A DNA stretch of 64,000 nucleotides from Cenarchaeum sp. (GTDB lineage Archaea; Thermoproteota; Nitrososphaeria; Nitrososphaerales; Nitrosopumilaceae): the NCBI GenBank assembly GCA_963693095.2, contig OY843768.1, positions 256,001 to 320,000 on the forward strand. Direction: 5' to 3'. Position 1 is the first letter of the stretch, and each line of letters opens with the position of its first letter. Of the stretch, positions 56,151 through 64,000 are shown piece after piece. The translations under genes were made by a program, and so were the position numbers. The notes under the pieces were generated by a model. The model made no database searches and had not been told where the DNA came from. It worked only from the letters and a program-made list of their open reading frames with translations.

Positions 56151-58469
56151 ATGCGTCCTGTAGTGCTTGAAAGGAGGCTCCTCTCTGTGGGATCACGCGA
56201 GTTCCGGACGCGACACCTCATAGTGATCGCGGTCCTTGCCCTCTCATTTACGGTCTCGGCCCTGATCAGGGCACAGCCTGCCGAGTATGGGTTTACGCTC
56301 CACGAGTTTGACCCGTTCTTCAACTATCGCGCAACAGAGTTTCTCGTGGAGAACGGCCTTGGGGCGTATGCGGACTGGCATGATGACCTCAGCTGGTATC
56401 CTGAAGGCCGCGACATATCGCGCACGTCACAGTTCATGCAGCACGCCACGGCCGCCGCCCTCTATGGCGTCTTTGGCGGGGGCTCGGAGCTCCTAGACTT
56501 TGTCATCGTCCTGCCGCTAGTCCTCGGCGCGCTGACGGGCATTGCAGTCTTTGCGCTTGTGCGCGTGATTGCCGGAACCACCGCAGGCCTCCTCGCGTCG
56601 CTCTTTTACGCCGTGTCAGTGCCCATAATCATACGCGGCCCCATAGGGTGGTTCAAGGCCGAGCCCATCGGCCTCTTTTACGGCGTCATCGGCGTGTATC
56701 TGTTCCTTAGCGGCATAACCTCGTCCAACCGGCGCGAGGCGGCAATCAGGCTAGCCGGCGCCGGAATTGTAATGTCCATGGCACTCTCTGCATGGGGCGG
56801 CACGCAGTTCTTTATCATTCCGCTAGGGCTCTTTTTCATGGCACTTCCGTTCATCAGGAGGGATCACTCGTTTCTCCTGTGGGCAGTCCCGCTCTTCGTC
56901 GGCGTCCTCCTTGCCTCGTCTGCGGCCTTTGAGAGGCCCGGTGCGTCTTTTGCCCTTGGCCTCGGGGGCGCAGCGCTGGCAGTTCCGGCAATAGTCATGG
57001 TCGCGTGCATATTCATACAGCGCGCAAGCCCGGCTGCCTCTGCAATGCGAAACTCGCTGGCCCTCGTGCTCGGCGTGGTCATCATAACTGCTGCCATATT
57101 TGCGGTGAACAGCCAGACAGACTCCCTTGACCTGCCAAGCTTTCGCTACCTTAATGCGATAAACCCGTTTCTGACCACAGTCGACCCACTTGTAGACTCG
57201 GTCTCTGAGCACGTCTCGCTGACGCTTCGCCAGTCGTTCTTTTTCATGTCAGTTCTCATGATCTTTGCCGGCATTGGGGCGTGGCTCCTCCTGTCGCGGC
57301 GCGACCGCCTTGACTCGTACGGCGTGCCGTTGCGCACGGACATGGCAGTCTATGCGATGATGATGGGGTTTGCCGGAGTCTATGTCGCCTCGGCATTCAC
57401 GAGGCTTGCGGTATTCTCGTCAGTCGCAGTGGTGATCCTGGCCTCGATAGGCATCGCCATCCTCGCCGCACTGGTCTTCTCCAACCCACGCGCCGGAATT
57501 GGCGTAAAGTCCGGATTCGTCGTGGCAGTTGTGGCCATGCTCATAGTTCCCATGACTGCCCCCGCTGAGGGAAACTGGATCACCACGGTCAACAATCCGC
57601 CCCCGATACTCAACGGTGGCTCGGTCTTTGACATCGCGACGCAGGACTGGCCGCTTGCCCTTGAGTGGATACGCGCCGAGACGCCCGAGGACTCGATCAT
57701 AATGTCGTGGTGGGACTATGGCTATTGGATTGAGACGCTCGCAAACCGCACGACGCTGGTGGACAACCTGACCGTCTCGACTGGCAAGATACAGAACATT
57801 GCGCAGATCTTTTACAGTGAGCCGCCTGAGGCGTGGGAGCGAATGAACGACCTCGGGGTCGACTATGCGGTAATCTACATCGCCGCGCGCAACGTTGGCA
57901 TTCCCGAGAGGCCCCTCTACACGCTTGCCGGAGGGGGAGACGAGACAAAGCGGGTCTGGCTCGCAAGAATCGCCGGCGTTGACGAGTCAGATTACCTCTA
58001 TGGGGACTCTGTTACCCCCAAGGAGAGCTTTAATGACACGATCTATGGGCTGATGACGCCATTCACGCACGCGACATACGGCAACATTGCCACGGGCCTA
58101 AAGTCCGTCAGGTGGCAGCCGGGCTTTATCTCCATATATGAAAAGGACGTGCACTTTCCGGCCGACGGGGACGGCCCGTTGCGCCTCGTCTACTCGTCAC
58201 CGTCCTTTGACGAGGACCATGACTCTAGGATTAACGGCGTGTTTGTGTACGAGCTCAACCGCGACTATGTCCCCCCAGCTCCCGAGCCTGTCATGGTCCC
58301 GATCACGACGATCCCGTTTATGGAGGGGGTGACGGGCGATGACGCCGATGCGATGGCCATGGACGAGACTGTCGGTGGCGAGATGGCCATGGAGGGGGCG
58401 ATGGGCGATGACGCCGATGCTATGGCCATGGACGAGACTGCCGATGGCGACGAGCCTGTCGAGCCCTAG
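56151..58469 (+). CDS. aglB: Oligosaccharyltransferase AglB (STT3 family)
   Basis: 'EFDPFFNYR', 'SWYPEGR', 'SVSEH', 'SWWDYGYWI', many TM helices. Confidence 0.93.
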   Translation: MRPVVLERRLLSVGSREFRTRHLIVIAVLALSFTVSALIRAQPAEYGFTLHEFDPFFNYRATEFLVENGLGAYADWHDDLSWYPEGRDISRTSQFMQHATAAALYGVFGGGSELLDFVIVLPLVLGALTGIAVFALVRVIAGTTAGLLASLFYAVSVPIIIRGPIGWFKAEPIGLFYGVIGVYLFLSGITSSNRREAAIRLAGAGIVMSMALSAWGGTQFFIIPLGLFFMALPFIRRDHSFLLWAVPLFVGVLLASSAAFERPGASFALGLGGAALAVPAIVMVACIFIQRASPAASAMRNSLALVLGVVIITAAIFAVNSQTDSLDLPSFRYLNAINPFLTTVDPLVDSVSEHVSLTLRQSFFFMSVLMIFAGIGAWLLLSRRDRLDSYGVPLRTDMAVYAMMMGFAGVYVASAFTRLAVFSSVAVVILASIGIAILAALVFSNPRAGIGVKSGFVVAVVAMLIVPMTAPAEGNWITTVNNPPPILNGGSVFDIATQDWPLALEWIRAETPEDSIIMSWWDYGYWIETLANRTTLVDNLTVSTGKIQNIAQIFYSEPPEAWERMNDLGVDYAVIYIAARNVGIPERPLYTLAGGGDETKRVWLARIAGVDESDYLYGDSVTPKESFNDTIYGLMTPFTHATYGNIATGLKSVRWQPGFISIYEKDVHFPADGDGPLRLVYSSPSFDEDHDSRINGVFVYELNRDYVPPAPEPVMVPITTIPFMEGVTGDDADAMAMDETVGGEMAMEGAMGDDADAMAMDETADGDEPVEP
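58320..58454 (+). repeat. 69-bp duplication in the aglB 3' extension (MEG..GDDADAMAMDET..G x2)
   Basis: Copies start at 58320 and 58389. Confidence 0.8.
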
Positions 58470-58628
58470 CTATTCCTCGTAGCGTTCGGCGAGCCTATAG
58501 CGCATATACTTGTCATCCGGTGAGAACTTTCCCGGATGCGCTGAGCGTGTCTCGCCGCTGCACTTGGGGCAGCTCTCCTTTAGCGTGTACTTGCCACACT
58601 CGACGCACCGGCGCATCATAAACCGCAT
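58470..58628 (-). CDS. nop10: H/ACA RNP protein Nop10 (not in the supplied ORF track)
   Basis: Manual translation: MRFMMRRCVECGKYTLKESCPKCSGETRSAHPGKFSPDDKYMRYRLAERYEE; canonical position after aIF2-alpha. Confidence 0.93.
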   Translation of the reverse strand: MRFMMRRCVECGKYTLKESCPKCSGETRSAHPGKFSPDDKYMRYRLAERYEE

Positions 58629-58631
58629 GGA

Positions 58632-59423
58632 CTATTCCTCCCTTACCTTCTTTGATTCCTCGCGCGCAAACTCGTACGTGCCCTTTTTTCCTATCTTTGC
58701 CTGTATTGTGGCAAGTATTGGCTTTAGCTCCTTTTCGGCTGACTTGAAGTCCGGCGCGCTGACTGCAATCCTGTATTTTGGCGCACCGAGATACGTGATG
58801 CTGGCCATCTTGCTCTTTTTTGTCGCGCTCTGCAGCGTGTTGATTATTGTCTCGACACCGTCTGGCGTGGGCACCCTTATCTTGAGGACGCCGCGTATCT
58901 CCACTGAGGGGAGCCTTATCTTGGAACATGCGTCTGATATTGCGTCGATGACCTTTTTGCCGAGCTTTAGCGCTGAAAGGGTCTCCGTGCCGTTCCTGGC
59001 GACGTCCATGAACACGTCATAGATCGAGTCGCCCTTTGAGTAGAGCTTGTCCTCAAGCGCACTCGTCTCCTCCTCAGAAAGTTCCGCCTTTTCCCTGATG
59101 CTCTTGAGGAGCGTCAGGCCCTTTTCATACCTCTTTACCTCTAGGAGCTTTTTCTTTCTCTGGTCATTGGACACCTGCTTTAGGGACAGGTCAATGTCGG
59201 CCCTCTCCTCGTTGACGCGCTTTACGAGGAGGATCTTTTTCTCGTTGACGCGAACAAACTTGGAGACAGAGCGTATCCAGCCCGGCGCAAGCTCGCTGAT
59301 GTGGAGAAAGCCAGACATGTCACCGTACTCGTCCAGTGTGACGTATGCCCCATGGTCCATCACCTTTGAGACCGTCGCGAGGACTATCTCGCCGCGGACG
59401 GGCATCTCGCGCTCTTGTGCCAT
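58632..59423 (-). CDS. eif2a: Translation initiation factor aIF2 alpha subunit
   Basis: S1 domain 'GAYVTLDEY...GFLHISEL..GWIR', 'IDLSLK.V', 'YLGAPKYRI'. Confidence 0.96.
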   Translation of the reverse strand: MAQEREMPVRGEIVLATVSKVMDHGAYVTLDEYGDMSGFLHISELAPGWIRSVSKFVRVNEKKILLVKRVNEERADIDLSLKQVSNDQRKKKLLEVKRYEKGLTLLKSIREKAELSEEETSALEDKLYSKGDSIYDVFMDVARNGTETLSALKLGKKVIDAISDACSKIRLPSVEIRGVLKIRVPTPDGVETIINTLQSATKKSKMASITYLGAPKYRIAVSAPDFKSAEKELKPILATIQAKIGKKGTYEFAREESKKVREE

Positions 59424-59615
59424 CACGCGCCCCCAAAACCGCTTCAAATTTAACCTTGACGTGCCTATGTGGCCAAATCGCCCCTCATGCGCGCACGGCT
59501 GCGCGCCTCAGGCCATGGGGTGAGCCATGGCCAAAACGGGCTCTCAGTCTCCCCGTCGCGGTTCGTGCCCTAGAGGGCGCGCTATTGGGGCGCAGGCTGT
59601 GGTCCTGCGCACGCG

Positions 59616-60149
59616 TCAAAAGTCTATTCCCTTTTTTGCCCTGATTCCGCGCTTGAACGGGTGCCGAACCTCCTTCATCTCGGTGATGAGGTCTGCCGCA
59701 TCGAGTATGCGCTCGTCTGCGCGGTTGCCGGTCAGGACGAGGGTGAGCCCGCGGGGACGCGAGGTGATGAGGCCCAGCACGTCTGCCGCATCGACTAGCC
59801 CGAGGCTAGTCGCATAGTTGACCTCGTCTAGCATGACAATGTCATACTTGCCCGAGGATATTCTCCTTGCGGCCTCGCGCAGCGACTCGGCGGCGACCTT
59901 TACGTGAACCTCCTTGTCGCTCGTGTCATCCATTATTCCCACAAACCCGTGTCCGGACGCGACGAGCTCAAAGTTTGGCGCCAGGAGCTTTGCAGAGTCA
60001 AGCTCGCCATAATGCCATGATCCCTTGATGAACTGGACCATGCACACGCGCTTGTCCTGGCCGACGGCGCGCAGTGCCATGCCCAGGGCAGCAGTGGTCT
60101 TGCCCTTGCCGCCACCGGTGTACACTATGACTAGTCCGTCGTCTGCCAT
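59616..60149 (-). CDS. cobO: Cob(I)alamin adenosyltransferase (CobA/CobO/BtuR)
   Basis: 'YTGGGKGKTTAALG.ALRA.G', 'QFIKG', 'LDE', 'LTG', 'HPF..GI.AKKGIDF'. Confidence 0.94.
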   Translation of the reverse strand: MADDGLVIVYTGGGKGKTTAALGMALRAVGQDKRVCMVQFIKGSWHYGELDSAKLLAPNFELVASGHGFVGIMDDTSDKEVHVKVAAESLREAARRISSGKYDIVMLDEVNYATSLGLVDAADVLGLITSRPRGLTLVLTGNRADERILDAADLITEMKEVRHPFKRGIRAKKGIDF

Positions 60150-60374
60150 CTGTGCGGCACCATGAACTGCCCCGCTAATAGCATTGTCGGCGCCTGCCAC
60201 GCACGCACTCGCGCGGGGCCGTCGAGCAGTCCCGGCACGCGTGCTGTGGGCCTGCATGGCGGCCTTGCGCGAACAGGGCTCGCCTGCAGGTGCCATGTGG
60301 GCAGCCTGCGCGCCTGCCGCGTGCCCACACTTGCCCGTATGCACTTAAATAAAAAAAGCGCACGCGCCCCCGCA

Positions 60375-61748
60375 ATGAGGATACCTAGAATTGTCATCGC
60401 CGGCGTGTCTAGCGGCGTGGGCAAGACGCTCGTTGCGTGCGCCGTGACGCACGGCATACGCAAGCGCGGGTACACCGTGCAGCCGTTCAAGGTGGGTCCG
60501 GACTATATCGACCCTGGCTACCTCTCGCTTGCGGCCGGAAGGGACGCGCGAAACCTTGACACGTGGATAATGGGCCGCTCGCGCATGGTCGAGAGCTTTG
60601 CGCAGTCCTCGACATCAGACGTCTCTGTCATCGAGGGCGTCATGGGCCACTATGACGGGCTCTCCGGGCGGTCCAACAGGGCGAGCACGTTCGAGGCCGC
60701 GCAGATACTCGACGCGCCTGTCATACTAGTGGTCGACGCGAGCCGCGCGGCGCGCTCAATTGCGGCGACTGTCAAGGGGTTTGCGACATACCAAAAGCCC
60801 TCCAACATCATAGGCGTTGTGCTCAACAGGGTCGGCAGCAGGAGGCACGTGGACTTTTGCGCCGACTCACTAGAGCAGGCGGGCATGGCCGTCCTCGGCT
60901 CGATACCGCGCGACGAGTCTTATGCGCTAGAGTCTAGGCACCTTGGCCTGATCCCGCCAATTGAGGGCAGCGCAAGGGCAAAAAAGGCCATCGCGGCGTT
61001 TAACGGGGTCGAGGAGTGCATTGATGTTGACACCATAATAAACACCGCCGACTCGGCGCGCTCGCTAAAGATTGCGCGCCCTGAGCCAAGGCCAAAAAAG
61101 CCAAAACGCGCAACGATCGCCGTTGCGCTTGACTCGTCATTCAACTTTTACTATCGCGACAACCTCGATGCCCTCGAGCGCGAGGGCGCACGACTAAAGT
61201 TCTTTAGCCCCGTTGCCGACAAGCGACTGCCAGAGTGTGATGGCCTCTATATCGGCGGCGGGTTTCCCGAAGTTCTCGGCTCGTCACTGGAGAACAACTC
61301 GTCGATGAGGCGCGCAATACGCGCGCATGCGATAGACGAGCGCCGCACGATATATGCCGAATGCGGCGGCCTCATGTACCTGACGCGCGGGATCACCTCA
61401 GGCAAGCGGCGCTATGTGATGTCTGGCGTGATCGACGCGCAGACGAAAATGGCAAAAAAGCCGGTTTTGGGATACACGCGCGGCATGATCACGCGAAAGT
61501 GCATCATCTCGCCGCGTCCGCTCAACATGCGCGGCCACGAGTTTCACTATTCGACAATATCTGACGTTCCGCGTGACACGGCCTTTGCGTACTCGCTTGA
61601 GGTAGGAACGGGCATCGCCGGCGGGCGTGACGGCATCATGCAGGACGCGGTTCTCGCGTCTTATGGGCACCTCTACTTTGGGGACACGCTAGCCGGCAAC
61701 AGGGCAGGCAGCATCGTCGAGGCGACGCGCGCGGCCGCGCGGCGCTAG
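60375..61748 (+). CDS. cbiA: Cobyrinate a,c-diamide synthase
   Basis: 'SSGVGKT', 'FKVGPDYIDP', 'IEGVMG.YDG', 'SRHLGL', 'YAECGGLMYL', 'GHEFHYS'. Confidence 0.94.
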   Translation: MRIPRIVIAGVSSGVGKTLVACAVTHGIRKRGYTVQPFKVGPDYIDPGYLSLAAGRDARNLDTWIMGRSRMVESFAQSSTSDVSVIEGVMGHYDGLSGRSNRASTFEAAQILDAPVILVVDASRAARSIAATVKGFATYQKPSNIIGVVLNRVGSRRHVDFCADSLEQAGMAVLGSIPRDESYALESRHLGLIPPIEGSARAKKAIAAFNGVEECIDVDTIINTADSARSLKIARPEPRPKKPKRATIAVALDSSFNFYYRDNLDALEREGARLKFFSPVADKRLPECDGLYIGGGFPEVLGSSLENNSSMRRAIRAHAIDERRTIYAECGGLMYLTRGITSGKRRYVMSGVIDAQTKMAKKPVLGYTRGMITRKCIISPRPLNMRGHEFHYSTISDVPRDTAFAYSLEVGTGIAGGRDGIMQDAVLASYGHLYFGDTLAGNRAGSIVEATRAAARR

Positions 61749-62365
61749 GCTGACTTGAAGAGCGCGTTTAGTATGGCTGCAGCGGCCGCACTCCCGCCCT
61801 TTCTGCCCGAGTTTGTTATGCATGTGAGGCCAGATGCGGCGAGTGCCTCCTTTGACTCTACGGCCGAGACAAATCCCACGGGAATTCCCACTGTGAGGGC
61901 CGGCCGCACGATGCCCTCTTTGACCATCTCGAGGAGCTCGAGGAGGGCAGTCGGCGCATTGCCGACCACGACGACCCCGCCGTCGACCTCCTCGGCTGAC
62001 TCGCGCATTGCGGCGCGCGAGCGCGTCGTGCCCTCGCGCCTTGCGCGCTCGGCGACCTGCGGCTCCGAGACGCGGCAGGAGACGCCGCAGCCGCACTCGG
62101 CGACGTGGCGCGCGCTTATGAGGCCAGTGACGCCATGGACGTCAGCCACGATGGGCGCGCCTTTGTGCAGTGCGGCAGCACCGGTGCGCACGGCATCGCC
62201 AACAAAAGAGATCGCGCACGAGCGCGCAAAGTCAAAGTCTGCTGTCGAGTGTATGACGCGCCTCACTATGGGCCATTCGGCCTCCGAGTACGGGTGATCG
62301 CCAATTTCAGAGTCGATGATCCTCATGCTCTCGTCCTCTATGTTCTGCCCTGCCCTAGTCTGCAC
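61745..62365 (-). CDS. cbiC: Precorrin-8X/cobalt-precorrin-8 methylmutase
   Basis: 'RRVIHSTADF', 'TRS', 'GNAPTAL', 'G.PVGFV.A.ESKE', 'GRKGGS'. Confidence 0.95.
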   Translation of the reverse strand: MQTRAGQNIEDESMRIIDSEIGDHPYSEAEWPIVRRVIHSTADFDFARSCAISFVGDAVRTGAAALHKGAPIVADVHGVTGLISARHVAECGCGVSCRVSEPQVAERARREGTTRSRAAMRESAEEVDGGVVVVGNAPTALLELLEMVKEGIVRPALTVGIPVGFVSAVESKEALAASGLTCITNSGRKGGSAAAAAILNALFKSA

Positions 62366-63113
62366 TGCCCTCGACCTCCATTGCCCTCTCGACTATCAGG
62401 TTTACCATTACGGGATCTGTTCCGAGATGGCGCGTGACGTGTGCGGTCTTTATGCCGTGTTTCTCTAGTGCGGGGTTGAGGTCCGCATAGATGTCGCGCT
62501 TTACGTGCGCGCCCTCGTGCAAAAAGTAAAAGACGACGACGAGCGCCTCGGGCTTGTCCTTTGCGTATTGGGATATTCCGCTGGCAATGTCTGGCTGCTC
62601 TATCTCTAAGAGGCAGTATGATGCGCTCTTGTACGCTGGCCTTATGCGGTCAATGACGTACTCTAGTGATCTCTTTGCGTTCGGATCCACGCTGCCATGG
62701 CCAACGACGAGCACGTCGACATTTGCGCTCTGCATGCCTGAGAGTCCTGACCCGTCAAGCGCATCGCGTATGCGGCTGTTAACTAGCTCCACTAGCGTCT
62801 TGTGCATTCTCATGGACTGCGTGATGAGCAGCTTTGTGCGCGTCTTTGACTGCATGCGCATCGCATCACGCACGGCGACCTTTAGCTTTTTGCCCGGATA
62901 CAAAAAGTAGGGCACGATTGTGAGCGTGTCGAGGTTCTCGGCTAGCGCATGCTCAAAGCCCTCGGGCATGAACGGCGGGATGACCTCCAAAAAGCAGTAC
63001 GCCGCATAGTCGTACCCGCCCCTCTCTTTGACGCGCGCGCAAATCTCGTCAAGCTCGGCCTTGACCTCAGCCTCCCTGCTTCCCCTGTCTATTATGAGGA
63101 GTCCGCGCCTCAT
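62355..63113 (-). CDS. cbiX: Sirohydrochlorin cobaltochelatase (two-domain CbiX)
   Basis: 'RGSR', 'FLE...P', 'VPYFLYPG', 'GHGS', 'FLHEGAHVKRDI'. Confidence 0.88.
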   Translation of the reverse strand: MRRGLLIIDRGSREAEVKAELDEICARVKERGGYDYAAYCFLEVIPPFMPEGFEHALAENLDTLTIVPYFLYPGKKLKVAVRDAMRMQSKTRTKLLITQSMRMHKTLVELVNSRIRDALDGSGLSGMQSANVDVLVVGHGSVDPNAKRSLEYVIDRIRPAYKSASYCLLEIEQPDIASGISQYAKDKPEALVVVFYFLHEGAHVKRDIYADLNPALEKHGIKTAHVTRHLGTDPVMVNLIVERAMEVEGSAD

Positions 63114-64000
63114 TGTCCCACCCTTGCCACGGCAAGCGTCAGGTCTGGCGGAAATTTGTGCTTTTGCACGATGAGCCTGCCCCCGCGCGAGGATGCGAGC
63201 GCGGCGGCCTCTGACACGCTCGGCGTGCCCTCGAGGCGCTCGACGGTCTCTGACGGGTTTGGCGCCTCGATGCGCGCAAGCTTTTCCCTGTCGATGAGCT
63301 CTAGGTCCACCTTGAGTGTGCGCGCTGCCTCCTCGAGTCCGGCCACATCAACAGGCTTTTTGACCGAGACGAGGCGCGCAACGCACATGGGGCTCAGCGA
63401 GTTGCTCCTTAGCGTGGACTCGAGGGACTCGATAATCTTTGATGGCGGCGTGTCCCTGTGGACGCCGACGCCGACGACTAGGCTGCGCGGCCTATAGACG
63501 ACGGTGGGCACCGACATTGCGCCAACGTCAGTGTCGGCTATGACTAGCGCGCCGGCGCACCCCGACTCTGCAATCTCGGCAACACTAGAGCAGACGGTGA
63601 CATTTGCCGGCAGGACTCTGCCGTCTCCGATGATGCCGCGCTTGCCGGCCTTTTGCAGCAGCCCAATCTTTTCACCATTGACCATCATTGCGCTCACGCG
63701 CGTGACGTGCTCATCGCCGTCTATCCTCCAGCCCTCCTTGCGCCCCACAAGGTCCACTGCGATGGTCTTGTTGACGTCAGCAGCCGTCGTTATGACCGGA
63801 GTCGCGCCGATCCTTGAGCCGATGTCGCGCGCAAGCTCGTTGGCCCCGCCGAGGTGTCCGGATAGCGTGCTGATGACAAATTCCGCCGAGTCATCAATCA
63901 CTATGATCGCGGGATCCGTCTTTTTGCTCTTCATGTGCGGGGCCACTAGCCGGATGACGGCCCCTAGCGAGAATATGCACACGAGGCCGTCTGTCGACGC
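63110..64000 (-). CDS. cbiG: Cobalt-precorrin-5A hydrolase CbiG, 5'-truncated by the window edge
   Basis: 'K..DPA..VID', 'LSGHLGGANEL', 'PVITTA', 'VG.G', 'SVSEAAAL'. Confidence 0.92.
   Translation of the reverse strand, partial: ASTDGLVCIFSLGAVIRLVAPHMKSKKTDPAIIVIDDSAEFVISTLSGHLGGANELARDIGSRIGATPVITTAADVNKTIAVDLVGRKEGWRIDGDEHVTRVSAMMVNGEKIGLLQKAGKRGIIGDGRVLPANVTVCSSVAEIAESGCAGALVIADTDVGAMSVPTVVYRPRSLVVGVGVHRDTPPSKIIESLESTLRSNSLSPMCVARLVSVKKPVDVAGLEEAARTLKVDLELIDREKLARIEAPNPSETVERLEGTPSVSEAAALASSRGGRLIVQKHKFPPDLTLAVARVGQ

Overview
GC-rich archaeal chromosome segment. Gene content points to Nitrososphaerota/Nitrosopumilaceae (ammonia-oxidising archaea): CFI-box-CTERM surface protein, thaumarchaeal S-layer-type protein, split MetH, cobalamin genes and conserved small Zn-finger proteins. 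The high GC and IS load resemble Cenarchaeum-like host-associated lineages (inference). Most of the window is core housekeeping: rpl7ae-rps28e-rpl24e-ndk-aIF5B, two LeuCD-family pairs, rpoD/rpl18e/rpl13/rps9, the SBDS-exosome superoperon, endA, rpl10e, metH/metF, aglB, nop10/aIF2a, cob/cbi genes and tRNA-Leu(TAG). Two AT-rich accessory islands stand out. (1) A Type III restriction-modification locus lies between rpoD and rpl18e; its mod gene is frameshifted exactly at a G11 tract, making it a candidate phase-variable archaeal methyltransferase. (2) A tandem array at about 43.9-50.7 kb holds three diverged, mosaic copies of a two-gene cassette: a Panacea/DUF4065-like wHTH gene plus a 160-aa protein I cannot assign to a family. 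Each copy is followed by an IS5-family element or an internally deleted derivative, and the third 160-aa gene is knocked out by an IS630 element. Also present: a complete ISH3-type IS with TIRs and TSD, a candidate structured ncRNA upstream of rpl7ae, and several intragenic tandem repeats. All family assignments come from motif recognition by eye; no database search was run.
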